A stretch of 64,000 nt of DNA from the NCBI RefSeq assembly GCF_000181795.1, contig NW_003526941.1:6757051-6821050 (forward strand), given 5' to 3'. Under the pieces are notes generated by a model, which was not told the origin of the DNA, ran no database searches, and saw only the letters and a program-made list of their open reading frames with translations. The stretch is from Trichinella spiralis. Taxonomy: Eukaryota. This document shows positions 12,704 through 25,665 of the stretch, one piece after another (the stretch's first letter is position 1; every line of letters begins with the position of its first letter). The position numbers and the translations under genes were made by a program.

Positions 12704-15053
12704 ATGCCCAAGTGATATTTTTACAAAGTTGCGGATAGAGAACAGCCAACGCAGCTGACAAAATGCCTACCTTCAACCGCCATATAGCAATGAACACAGA
12801 TGGCAAATAAGAAGTTTTAAATTGTGATATCTATAATACAACTAATTGCTTACAAAAAGAAAAATTTGCATTTCACCGGCAAAAAATAAAGTCTCAAGTT
12901 TTTCTTTTGCAGACAGAAATTATGGAAAACCTAGAAACAACACGAAATGGGCAGCAAATTTTCATAAAAGCAAAACAGCTAGCAAAACTTACTTTTTTTC
13001 ACTCAAATCACCATTTTCTTTATTTTTATTCGCTTTCGCTTCTTCCGGTTTCTGCAAAAAAAGAAACAACATACATACGTGCAAAAAGCATTATAATTAC
13101 AGTCAAAAAGCAAAAACAATACAGAGTTGAAAATTCAAAAAAAAATAATTAGCTGAAGACAACTTATTATTTTAGCAATGCTAAATTAAAATGAAAAAAT
13201 TAAAAACAAAACAAAAGAAGAAACAACTGCTGATTTAAAATATTGAAAGTGACCAACGCGAATGAGATGAAAAAAAACAAATGCAAATTTCATTGCTTGT
13301 TTGCACATGTATCATCACTACGACATGATGAATTTGCCAATTTGAAAACGAATCTTTCAAATTGAATAGAAAATTGGAAAAATTATATTCAACACTGAAC
13401 TTTGATTACGGGTGAAATAAATATATTTATTCTTTTACACATTTGCTCAGTGGCGGTATTGGCTTTCCAAATTGCATGCTCTGACAGCGTCGCAGCTGCC
13501 AACGCAAAAGCACCTACCAACGTTTTAAAATTAAAAAAAATCAATGCAGCACAGCAGCATTTGGAAATAAGCCAAATTTCGTCAACTTTTTTTTCTCACA
13601 CACAATGTTCACGGTAATGGTGTAAAATTCCTAATAAAAATTGAACCGCAAAAGTTAGTAAAAACTTTCCGCGGTCTAAAGTCATACTCTTACGTAATGC
13701 TTTCGCTTTAGCTTTAAGCAAAACACCACATCACATCACGTTTCGTCCGTAAAACTCAGTCGTTTTTCTGCAAAAAAAGTCTCAGCTTTCAACAACCAAC
13801 TTGATTAAATAATTAGTGATTTCCTTTTTCTCTATTTTCCCTCATTCCAACCAACACATCAAGAACAAATAACAAAACATGTACATCAACCCCGCAAAGC
13901 TCTGGAATTAATTATTCTTGCTGCATTAGATGGACTTTGCAATTAGCTATTTTAGTCGTACATTCATTTATATTATAAATAAAGCAAACCAAATGTAAAA
14001 ATTCTATTTTTCTTAAAATGCTAGTTTTCCACTTGCACACACCGCTCGTAGTTGCTGTGCCAATCTTCAGTACTCTTCATAAACGGTACCTATAAATGAA
14101 TTTCACAACCCTGAGAATTGGAAAAATCAGAGCCTTCCAAGGCTTTCAGTTGGACTCCCAATGTACCCGTTCACATCGCAACAACATCCGAGGGTACGAT
14201 ACCTAGAAATCAATAATATTGAAAAAGCAAAATCTTCGATACGCAAACTCTGTAATGCTAACTGACACACAAAGAGGGGCAAATCACACAATCGCTTTCA
14301 GTTATTGTCCATCAACTGAGAAGCAAATCTTCTGCAATATCTTGTCATCAGCAGTATTCTATTATAAAAGTGGACAAATTATATAATTAATTTCATTTAA
14401 GCTGTTTTCATATGTGTCAGCAATTAACGCTCAATGAAAACAATTTTGGTCACATAAAAAGCAAATTAAAAAAATAATGCATGCAAAATATTTGTCAATT
14501 CAAAAGCAATGCTTTCTTCAAAGTTCACTCTCAACCACAACCATTCATATTCATTTCCAATATGCATAAATTCGACAAATTTCCATTTCAACAATTTGCC
14601 TTTCTTTTTTTATGCCAACTGCAAACGCTCCAACCAAAACAAACATTATACATTCAAACTCAGCACCAAGCAACAACTAAGCTAATTCATTTATGAAACG
14701 TACGTAGCCCACCACATTTTCAGTTATGTACATTTGAAAATCAGTGTTGCAAAATTAATAATGGAAATTACATTCTGCTGAATGTATGAGTAAATAATCA
14801 ATCGTAAAAATGGGCTGCTTGGTATTTACTTTAAGATTGTGAATCACAAACGACTCTTCGAGAAAGTTAAATATACAATGAAATGCTTAAGCAAATTTTT
14901 AAAAATATACTCAATCAAAAAATATTTGATAATCGATGAAAATAAACCAGAAAAAACATTAAAAACAATAAAACATGCTTGAGCATTTACCTTGTCTTCT
15001 ATAGGTGCAAATGTTTCTTCAAGCATTGCTTCAACATCCGCGTCGTCAGCCAT
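10393..15053 (-). CDS. RBM39: RNA-binding protein 39 (CAPER) splicing factor: RS domain, 2 RRMs, UHM
   Basis: Exon 1 15053-14991 MADDADVEAMLE; exon 2 13051-12993; exon 3 12492-12451; RS-rich exon 12343-~12070; RTVFCMQLA..RPRDLEEFFS; KLYVGSLHFNITEEMLRGIFEPFG; LNGFELAGRPMKVG; ATQCFVLSNMF..GNVYVKC; stop at 10393. Confidence 0.96.
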
Positions 15054-16525
15054 TTTATCAAATTAGTCAAGTAAAATTGGTCAATATTTCTTTTCAAGCT
15101 AAAAAATCAAAGTCAAAAACAGAATTAAACAGAAACTAGTACATTAGTATATACAGGATACGTTTACATAAACATACAACAAAGAATTAGAAACATTCTC
15201 ATCGCGCATAATTGAAAAATTGTCAACTTCAAACAAAAATAATAAACATTAAATAAACTTATTTTAAAACATAATTGCATAAAGTTGTAAAACAACATCC
15301 GATATTTATAAATACTGTTCTTATAAAGTAAAAAGATGGCTCAAAGATATCAATATCAAAATTCAAGAAATCGTTAACAGTTTCAGAAGAAATAATTTAA
15401 CAGTCGAATACAGAAAGATTTATATAAAAATGACAAATTATTTACTCTTTTTAAAGCAATTAAGGACAGCTAACAGCAGTGAAACGTAGGTGGCAAATGG
15501 TATATTTCGTGTTTAACAAACAAACAAGAAACTTACAGTATATGTAATATAAATAAAGTTCAAATATTCTATTCGAAATGTATGTCAGTAAAATTAAGTT
15601 ACAATATGCTGAATATTTATCTATTTTTGAACTGCAATATAAAATTTATAATTTTTTAATAAAAATTTTACATTTTTTATTCTTATAGTAAAAATATAAC
15701 TTTATATCAAAAATGTTACAGTACTGCAACAAATGATGTTGTAATTAATAGTCAAATTAAATTGATGAAAAGAAATTGTTTGGATGGAAAAATGAATTAT
15801 TTTGAAGTTATTATTTTAATTATTTTAAGGAAATAAATAGCAATTGCACAGTGGCCGCGCAAGTAACCAAGTTTCCAAATATTATAAAAAAATAATACCG
15901 AATTGTCATGAAGAGACTTATTTTGTAAAATATCATGCATAAATAGCTTTTTGTTTCATCAAAGCATGGAACATTTAAATATGAAAACTAATTTTTGACA
16001 ATTTATAAAAATTGCGTAATGCAATTTGCTATAATAAATTGGTACTTGTAATTCAGTACATCTTTTGTCATAAGCAGATGCTGAATTTTCTTTCTTTAAT
16101 ATAAACTTTTTCAAGCTATGTTTGTATAATTCAATAATTTAAAATCTTCAGATTTTATTCGCATGTGTTCACATAGCGACGTTTTATGAAATGACAACGA
16201 AGTTAATGAAATGACGCACGAATGCGCAGAATGAACACGCATGCGAAATACAATGGAGAATATCGAACATTCATATTTTCAAACAAATGAAGGAAACCAT
16301 TTCCGTTCTTTCAATAGATCAAAAATGATACTGACATTTGTAAAATATTTTCTAAATGGAGAATGGATTTCCTTTTGTATTTTTCGTTTGATAATTTCAA
16401 ACAGACAAAACAAAACGGAATGAAATATTCATCAATTACCGCAACTTTATTTATTCAAGTTTGATTGTTTGATACATCAGAAAACTTGTTAAAGTTTCAA
16501 TACAGTTGTATTAATTTTTAATCAT

Positions 16526-17942
16526 TCATGAGATCGAGTACATATCTGAGGATATCATACCGAACAAAGGCTGAGGCTTGGCAGCAATTTCACTGATCAG
16601 ATTGAACGGACAATTTTTCAAATGAATTAACATAGCTGACGTGTCGTTCATTTGCCATTTGATCGGTTTCATTGCCGTGCTGAATGACCATTTCTAAAAG
16701 AGAATATAATAAATTAAAAAAAAATAATTTTTTTTCACCATAATATTTCGAATTTTCAATAAAAACCTTTTCTTTCACAATCCATCGAGTGGAATGCTCG
16801 CATCGAGCCCAGACTAATTCGACGATTCCTCTTTTGGTCAACACTGCTTGCAAAAAGGATCGCATATTTCTTGTGATCATTGCCAAATTGTTCAAAGTTA
16901 TCGAATCCACATGATTCAAGAGTTGAAGCAAAAATTCATACGGTAAAGCAAGCAAATCGAACGTCGGCCCGCAGTAATCGACCGTCTCAGTTGTAGTTTT
17001 CACTTTGATGCAGTCGAATTGATTATCGTATTCAATTTTACTCTGGTCAGTCGGTGTCCATCCGGCAATGGAAAATGTGCATCCTCGATAAAATAACGGA
17101 CATCGTCGGACAATCCAACCGTCGAGCTGTGTCATCGTATCGCAGTGGACATTTAAATAGTGGGCGGCAAATTCACGTCTGTGGAAATGTTTGGAACATG
17201 TAAATGTGAACATACGGTTGGGCTTGTGCTGGTAATAAGGTGACAAAAATTCCATCTGCAGACGCAAATTTACACCCAACCTTTTGTATACGGCAGTTTC
17301 GTCAAAGTGATCACTGTAGTTGGTTGAATTTTGGTAAATGTTTTGTTTTTTGTCATTTTCTCTTGTATGAAATTTCCAACCGTTCTTCAAACGTGACAGA
17401 CAACTTTTCGCCAAACCAGGCGGATATTGACGATCCAACCAAACATTATTGCATTCATCATCACTGACCGACGGCTGGCAAAAACTTGAGCTGCTGGTCA
17501 GTGTTTTTTGCTCGTCTGCCAACGTCAAGCTCACATCCAAGCCGACCGACTGCTTTGCCGAGGATCTGGCCGATATTGATAATGATGATAACAACGGTGC
17601 TCTTGTTGGAACATTTCCACTTTTCAAATTGGTCAACGAAATTTCGTCCACTGGCCAGCGATTCCATCCTGCCGAACAGTAGACTACACATGCCGGGCAT
17701 TGGTCGGCTAAATGCTTGCTCAGTTGTTTTCTTTTCAACCGAAACGGGCACCCAATTGATGCGTTCAAGCAATTGATCTCTTGCTCTTGACAAATGAACA
17801 AGTGATCGACCAATTTGCAACTATGCATTGTAAAGCAGCATCGATTCGGACACGACAACATTGGACATTGTGAAAATTTGCATTTCTTTGAAAAGCAGCA
17901 TTTGCAATGCTCATCGTGTACATCTGCAATCATTTCCATCAT
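16526..17942 (-). CDS. F-box only protein 30/40-like (TRAF-type zinc finger + F-box)
   Basis: N-terminal HC..C...C, CP..C...MHSCK...H...C and C.NA..GCP zinc finger; FTFTC...F.R.EF..H..NVH.D...QLDGW...RCPL...GC; F-box LLALPYEFL. One intron (about 16766-16695) precedes KWSFSTAM..W......M..HLK.C; stop at 16526. Confidence 0.88.
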
Positions 17943-17954
17943 TATTCAACTGAA

Positions 17955-18086
17955 CACCAATAATAACACATACCACCACCACAACCACCACCACTGATAG
18001 CAACAACAACAACAATAATAATAATAATAATAATATCAACACCACCACCACCACCAGCAACAACAACAACAACAACAACGACGACA
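17955..18086. repeat. Compound trinucleotide microsatellite (CAC/CAA/TAA) just upstream of the F-box gene ATG
   Basis: accaccacc, caacaacaa and taataataa runs. Confidence 0.9.
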
Positions 18087-18431
18087 ATCAATTACATTCT
18101 TGACAACTGCGCTTTGCTGACAGCATATTTAAAATGATGAGCAAGTTATATATAATTAATTTCATTAAAATTATTTTAAAAGAAAAAAAAGAAAATTATA
18201 AATTTTGTAAAAAGAATCTGTATTTCAAATGGAATTAATTTTTTTAAAATATTTTTCAAGGAAAAAACTTTTCTTAAAATTGCATTCGGTAAGAATTGGA
18301 TTTTCAAGTTGAAAATCAATTTTTACATCAGTCACTAACTGTTTACTTCGACGACAACGTCTAAGAATTTGTACATCAAGAAAACAACAACGAAAACTGT
18401 TTGAACAAATAATAGCAATAAAAAAGATGAA

Positions 18432-18465
<34 letters not shown>

Positions 18466-18640
18466 CAAGCCATGACATCTCGACATGATCATCAAAACTG
18501 ATGAAGAAGAAAATGTCGAAAGTTGAATGAGTGCAAGCAGTAAGGGTGAAAACAAAAATGAAGTAGACATTGAAAAGTAAAAGGCGATGAAATGGTTGAG
18601 CAAAAAGATGCTCAAAAAGAAATAATTAAATAAAAATTAA

Positions 18641-21600
18641 TTATCCAACACCACGCCTTTTTTTCAATGTTTTTGGTCGTTTCATGTCGGTCGAGTTCGT
18701 ACGGTCGAACCCGTTGCAACACGTCACTGTCCGAGGTTTTGTGGAAACCAACTTGAGCCGTACCTTTTGGCAAGAAGGACTGAGATTGCCCAATTCGCAG
18801 CTAAACTGCACGCCACTCTCTTCACCACACTCGCTGGTCGTTTCTTCTTTCGTCAAATTTTGGTCTTCATCCCCAAGATCTGCACTTCCACTAGTGGAAT
18901 CTTCGTCCGTTATCCAGTGAAAGCTGTCATCGTAACAACCAGCATCGTCCTCTTCAAAACGATAATTGTCATTATCATAATTCTCGGGATTTTCATAATA
19001 AGCTGGATTTTCCTTGTTCATTGGCAAAAGTACCACGGATTCAGTTTGTTGCTCTTGTTTCAGATCCAACTTCGACTCTTCTTCACTGTCGTCACTAGAC
19101 CAAGGTGGACTTGCATCATCACTGTTGTCGGTGCTTGACGTACAAGCGGTGATCGTTTGCAAATCGGTCAAACGTAGTTTCAACGGTGGAATGCGCATCG
19201 GACTATGGTCAACCCTTTGCTGACCACCGGGCATTGGGACAACGACCATGTCCTCTGGGAACAAGGGCGTTGGTGGTGGGGACGACGATGATGACGACGG
19301 TGACAGTGATGCAGACGGTGAGGACAAAGATGGCGTTGGCGATTCAGCTATGGCTGATTTGGCTAGTTTGATCACTATTTTCAAACTCTCCTTGTTCGGC
19401 TGCGAAACCATGCGGGGCGAGTGGAGTTCCTCGACGGCTGGCATTTTCACTGACGGCTCCAAACAAGGAGCCTCATCCCAGAGGGATGAACACGGTGACA
19501 AAGGCATCTGCTTCGGTTCCGAAGCTTTGACGATGTTCTTATCTTCGATCCTCACCGTCGAACTGTCGCTAGCCCAAGCGGTCACTGGGAACGGAAAACC
19601 ACCTCGACAATCGTGTAAGTAGGGAAGCGGCGAGGGAGTGGAACAAGAGGACTGTTGTCGGTGTCGGTCGTTGTCCAAAGTCGACGATTCCATGTCGGTT
19701 GGCTCATCCAACCACGGCATCAGCGTCTCCTCCTTCGACATGTTCAGCCCGTCATCCTCATGAATAGATAGCCTCTGCTGAGCAGCATCTGAAATTTGAA
19801 AATTCAAAAACTAAAAACAACAACAACAATAATAATAATAATAATTTTTCTGACCAAGCTGCTCTTGCTGAGCTTGCACCGCTTTCAGATCTTTCAAAAT
19901 TTCACTTTCGCTCCTGATGAACAACATCTGCATGAAAACATTCTCTTCAGACTGATTGAGCTTCTGAAAACAACATCAAATATTTGAATTTCGACTAAAA
20001 ATTTCATCAGAAATCAATTCAATAAGTTTTACCGCGGCTTCTTTCACTAAGCAATTTCTCAATCGCTGAAACTGTTTCTCCTTTTTAATAATGAGATTCG
20101 TCATTGTTTGTTTATAAGAGATGTCGACTAAAAAGAGAAAACAAAGCAATAATAAATGTAAAAGTACAACGGTACACTTCATGAATGCAAGTAAACGTAC
20201 TAGATGTGAGCAATTCATCCGGTATGTCTTCTTCATACCATATGTGATAGGGAAAAAGACGATCGAATGCATCCTTGGCGTCTTTAAACGGCGTTTTATA
20301 ATCCGGCCGCATTGCACGTTCACGCAGTAAAGCTTTCAATTTACGAGAACTAATTCAAAAAAAATACAACACCATTAATTAATAGTTCCCATTTTGTTAT
20401 TATTATTATTATTATGCGTTGTATTTGTAGATGAAAAATGATCATTTTCGCTTACTTTTCCTGAGCTGTGGCTGTTTTGGATTTTTTCCTTGCTTCATGA
20501 CCACAAGCACGTGAACCTCGTTTAGGGGCGGATGATTCTTTTGACACCGGTTTTGTATTACAATTACCGGTGCTGAGCGTTGAGCTGCTACTACTAGCTA
20601 AAGCTGTATCATAAATTTCTGTCATAGGATCTGGCTGCTGCAAATGAACAAAATGAAATGAAATGAAATGAAATGAAATGAAATGAAATAAAATAAAATT
20701 GCATTATTATTATTAATCAATTACATAATGCAATGTTTGCAAGCGTGACGATGTGGACGGCTGCAGAACGGGGTTGCCAGTTGAAGGTATCGTTTCAATG
20801 GACGCCGCTGGTTGGCACACGGCAGTTGGTTTGGATTTGATCATCAGGTAGGTAGTTCCGTTTATCTTGAACCATTTAAATTAAAACATAGAAATGAAAA
20901 TTTTTCATTTCTTACTTGCAACAGTTGACGATCACCAGCATTTACATCACTACTAATAACATTGCCCAAAACGGAGATGGGCAATTGTGAAATAACTTGA
21001 TTTGAACCCTGAATTATCGGCATTTGCAAAACAGGCTGCTGCTGCTGAGCTTGTGCTTGCCTAACATTATGCACTTCAGCAACACTGGAACTGAAACAGA
21101 AGAAAAAACAATAAAGCAAAAAACAATGAAAAAATTTACACTGCATCAAAAACAAGTTGCTACTGACCAGATATGCTCGATGGCGGCTTTTTCCAAAATT
21201 GATCTGCGACGTTGTTCTAACAGTTGAAGGTTCATCTTATCCACAGCCGTTTGTTGATTACTAGTTAGAATTTTTCGAATTTGGTCCGTCAAATTAGCAA
21301 TTTCATTTTGCTCTTGGTCGCCCAACCGAATGGTGATCTGCTTGGACGATTGCACTTGTTGAGGTACTTGAACCGGCTGAATTAGCAACGGCTGCGCGTC
21401 GACCGCACTCGGCTCGGCTTGTTTGGGCTGAATTTTCATGTAAGTTTTCCCATGAATTTCAGGCAAGCAGTCCAAGTTGACCACCGGCCGGCTGACCGAT
21501 GATTGGCGGGCTTTCGACCTCTTGCGAGATCCTTTGGAATCAGGAGCGCCGGTGGTTCCACCGACGACAATGCATTTCGACGATGCCGACGACGTCGGCG

Positions 21601-21838
21601 TTGAAAGGCTGATTGTCGACGGTGAAGTCGCATTTTGCACACCGAGTATCAGGGGGGTATTTTTCGCCGTGCCGGCAAGTTGCAGTTGCTGCTGCAATAA
21701 CGGACGAAGCAATGAGCCCAAATCGGCCGGAACCACAGCCACTGCCACCGGGCCACCGGGAGTGAGAACGTGCTGCACTTTGGTCTGCAAAAGTGCCTGA
21801 CCGTTCACAATTTGGATTGTAGACAGTTGCTGTGCCAT
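18641..21838 (-). CDS. BICRA/GLTSCR1-like ncBAF (GBAF) chromatin-remodelling subunit
   Basis: GLTSCR1 domain signature RPDYKTPFKDAKDAFDRLFPYHIW (exon near 20200-20345), followed by SEENVFMQMLFIRSE. Q/P/S-rich N-terminal exons and a long acidic last exon with PLKLRL / LKIVIK motifs. The start codon is uncertain and upstream exons are possible. Confidence 0.72.
20651..20698. repeat. (GAAAT)n pentanucleotide microsatellite in a BICRA-like intron
   Basis: aaatgaaatgaaatg... about 7 copies. Confidence 0.9.
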
Positions 21839-24800
21839 TAAAATAATAAAGAAACAACAAAAAACCGTTTTCCTTCAATAAAACAACTGGGTAAAACGAT
21901 TTCCACAAATAACAAACAGTTGAAACTACATCATGCAATTCGCACCACCTCCCAGCCAGGTGGCATCTATTCACATATCATTCTAAAATACAAAATAAAT
22001 ATAATTAGGTTAAAATAATTTCAAGCCATATGCAAGAAAAATATCAGATTCATAAAAATAAATGTATCATTATTAAAAATAGAAACTGAAAAAAATACTA
22101 GTCCACTTTTCGATAATTTAGCAATTTAAAAAATTACATGCTATTCATTACTGTAATTAAATTCAATTTTCGGCAACAAATTATCAATTATTGTGTAGTC
22201 AACAATACAATCATCAATATAACGTAATATTATATAATGCGAAAGCAATGCTGACATATCATCAAAATGAATGAAAACAATGAAAATAGATTTCAATAAT
22301 ATACTTACAAAACAGTGAAATAGTAACTTATAAGTATATATTATTTTCAAATTGGAAGTGTAAGCAACAAATTATAATGTGAAAAATAAGAGGGAAAAAG
22401 TAAACTTGAAAATACTTTCATACTGTAGATATTATTCATATTCAAAAGTACCCAAGAAAAGTTGAAACTATGCAATTTCCCAAAATATTATTCTACTACA
22501 ATAAATTTTATTTTAAAATACCATCAGGAATAATATTTATCGATAATAAAAAGATCAACAATAAGCGATTCAGTATCATAGGATAACAAAATGAAAATTC
22601 GAGAGAAAAAATTCAAATGCGATCATATAACAATAATGATATTAGATGAACATGCAAATTTCTGCTTTATGAAATAATTTTTGCTACAAAAGTCAAACAC
22701 CACCGTCATGCTTTCGAAAAAATATACAAAATCAAAATCCAGTAAAAGATACATGAGTAAGAAAACTACAAGAGTGAAAAAATCAATAAAAAATTAACCG
22801 CTTAAATTACAGGCATTCACTAATTTAAAATTATATTTCTCTTATAAATTATAATTTATTAATGCCATTTTAATATTACATATACATGATCAAAAAGATT
22901 CAAAAGAAGTAAAACATATGATTGTTACAGTATTCACCGTGCCGATCCTTTTTCAACCAGCATCAATTGAAATAGTAAAGTCATTATTACACTGTTCTAT
23001 GCTATGCATGCAATAAGTTAAATATCTCAAAAAGTAATTCAACAATCCAATTATTCATATCCATATCGTATTATGAAATGGTCATTTCATGTACATGATG
23101 ACAACACTACTTATTAATAATTGTACACCTATCAAGAAAATGAAAATACCCAAAGAATGAATAATTAATAGATATAAATATTAAACTTGTGATGTTAAGC
23201 ACTTCATATTTTGAAAAACATTTAGGTAGAACACTAAACCTATTAAAGATACAAATGAAATAATGTGAAAACCTATTATTAACAAATATCTCAACATCAA
23301 ATTACAATTTAAACAAGAATATACAAAATTTATCTATATAATGCTTTACTTTATTGACATATTACATTAATAAACATGAACGAAGCATTCAAACAACGGA
23401 ACAGTACCTATCAGAACAAGTAAAGCATATAATTCATTAGGTAAAAGACCTTTAATTTTCAATTGAATTATCTTCAGTTTTTAGGTATCTGTCACACAAA
23501 AAACAACGTCCTTACAAATACTTGCGAAAAACCTTTTTGATAGTTGCATTACAATAAAACATATAAGCTAATATAAAATATTGCGATATTTTTCTTCCAC
23601 TGATATACCGATAGCCAAAAACGGAAGCAATTCAACTATTATAAATATAAATTCTTCAATGCATATACTGATCAAACTAACTAATACTGTTTTTTAATCA
23701 CTCATGATTTAACAGAAGCCTTTAAAAAATCATGATCTAAACCGTTGAAACTCTTTAAACTCAAAACAATAACAAAATACAATACTACTCTTTCTGTTTT
23801 AACACCCATCTACAACAGAAGCAAAAGTTTTGGTTATTACTGACCTCCTTTGATATAAGTGCAGCAAAAATGTGTAGTAAACGCTCATACTTTATTAAAT
23901 ACATAATTTTAAAAGAGGTACTAGTAAAATGGAATTGATTAAACACTGTACATGTAAAATTGTAAAATAACAATAGGCAAATTATCATTTTCAACTTAGC
24001 AATATCACACATTAAAAAAATTAAATAAAAGATCAAAAAAGACATATTTTATACAATACTGATAAATAAATGGCAAAGTTAAGTTGAAATTAATATAAAT
24101 AAAGCAAAGATTAATTAAAAATTTTAACAACAAATAACGAAAAATAAATATTTTACATTTAATATGCTTCATTTAGACGCACACACCATACACAACATTG
24201 GGAGAATAAATTGAGCAATAACATAAAATAATAAATCGCATTTTCAATAGCAAATTATAAGTTGCGTGAATACAGTAATTTTTGACTTGTACAAAAAAGC
24301 GCGCAAGTTGAATCTGCAACATCCAATTTAAATAATTTTTTTATTGTATAATTAAAAATAACATTTTATATATCTATATATACTGTTACTTTTTTTTTTA
24401 AAAAAAAGATTTCCGTGAATTTTTCTATGCATCCCATTTCTACAACAGTTCTTTAGCGTCTCAGATCAATTTATTTAAAAAGAAAATGACATTTAAATAT
24501 AATAGCATGTCATTCTTATATTTAAACTGATAATTTAACATGGCAGGTGAATAAATAAACAAATGTCTGCTGAAATGAAAAATAATCACAATTCTAAATT
24601 TTTAAATCACCAATATTTTACAAATACAAATGTCGCATTTGTAAAATATTATTTACTTTTAAGATATAAGTAAATTTTGACTAAACTGAAAACTGAAGAA
24701 TATTTACAATTCAACCTCTTAACATATTTACAGTGAGTTTTGAAAAACTTTTTACTTATATAAAAAAGGAGAACGGACACCCATATTTGTTATAATATTA

Positions 24801-25665
24801 ATAACATGGTAAAAGTGATTTCATTATTCGAAAATGTATGAATCGCATATTAGATTCATTAAAGTATTACAAGTTTTAGAACTTTTATTTTGAAATTTGT
24901 TAACAACTTCTAAGACCGTATAAATGTACTACTTCATTAACTAACCAGTTATTAGTTACATTATTGATTATTGATACAGATCGACTTTTCATAAAAAGTG
25001 CGAATTAAATTAAATAAGTGATATCATAAATAAAATGTTTTCTGTTTGTCAAAATGAAACGTATGAAGCAATGAATTTTTCGTGATATTACATTTTTCAA
25101 CTCAAACGACAAACCTGCGTTCAATGTGCATTATTCTAAACAAGGTGTAAACAAATCACAGTATGAAATCAATATTTTTGAAATGCAAGTATTTTGACAG
25201 ATGTTAACTACATAATATATTTTTATTTCTATGCTTGCCTATGAACATTAATTAGAGGTTGTCAAATTTATATTATTATATTAAACAGTAAATAATGTTA
25301 GATTTTTGTAATGCTATAAATTACAATTTCAAAATATATTTTATAAGCTTGACAATTTTAATAGAATAAATTTTAAAAAATATCGAATGGTTAACATTTT
25401 GAAATGAATAATGTATTTATCGTCATGAATTGTTACAGTAATATTTTTGCATCTTGAATTTTATTAAACATGGTAACATCACTGTAAGGAATTGAATCGA
25501 TTTTAATTCTGCATGCGGTGCGTGCGCGAGCTCGGTGCGTTGCTACCTAAACAGTTTGCGTGTATATGTTCAATGCAAAGCTATTCGTTTTGAGGCACTT
25601 TTGTGTACAGCATATTTTGCTGAACTTTGTGCTCAAAGTGAGTGCTCAATGAGGCCGTTGGAAGG

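Noticed and set aside
13312..13400. C/D box snoRNA in the RBM39 intron
   Set aside because: The ATGATGA...CTGA pair is antisense to the host gene. The sense-strand C box has no matching D box or terminal stem.
22000..25500. Hidden gene in the long AT-rich stretch
   Set aside because: No coherent exons or repeats seen. Likely intergenic or 5' UTR intron between divergent genes.
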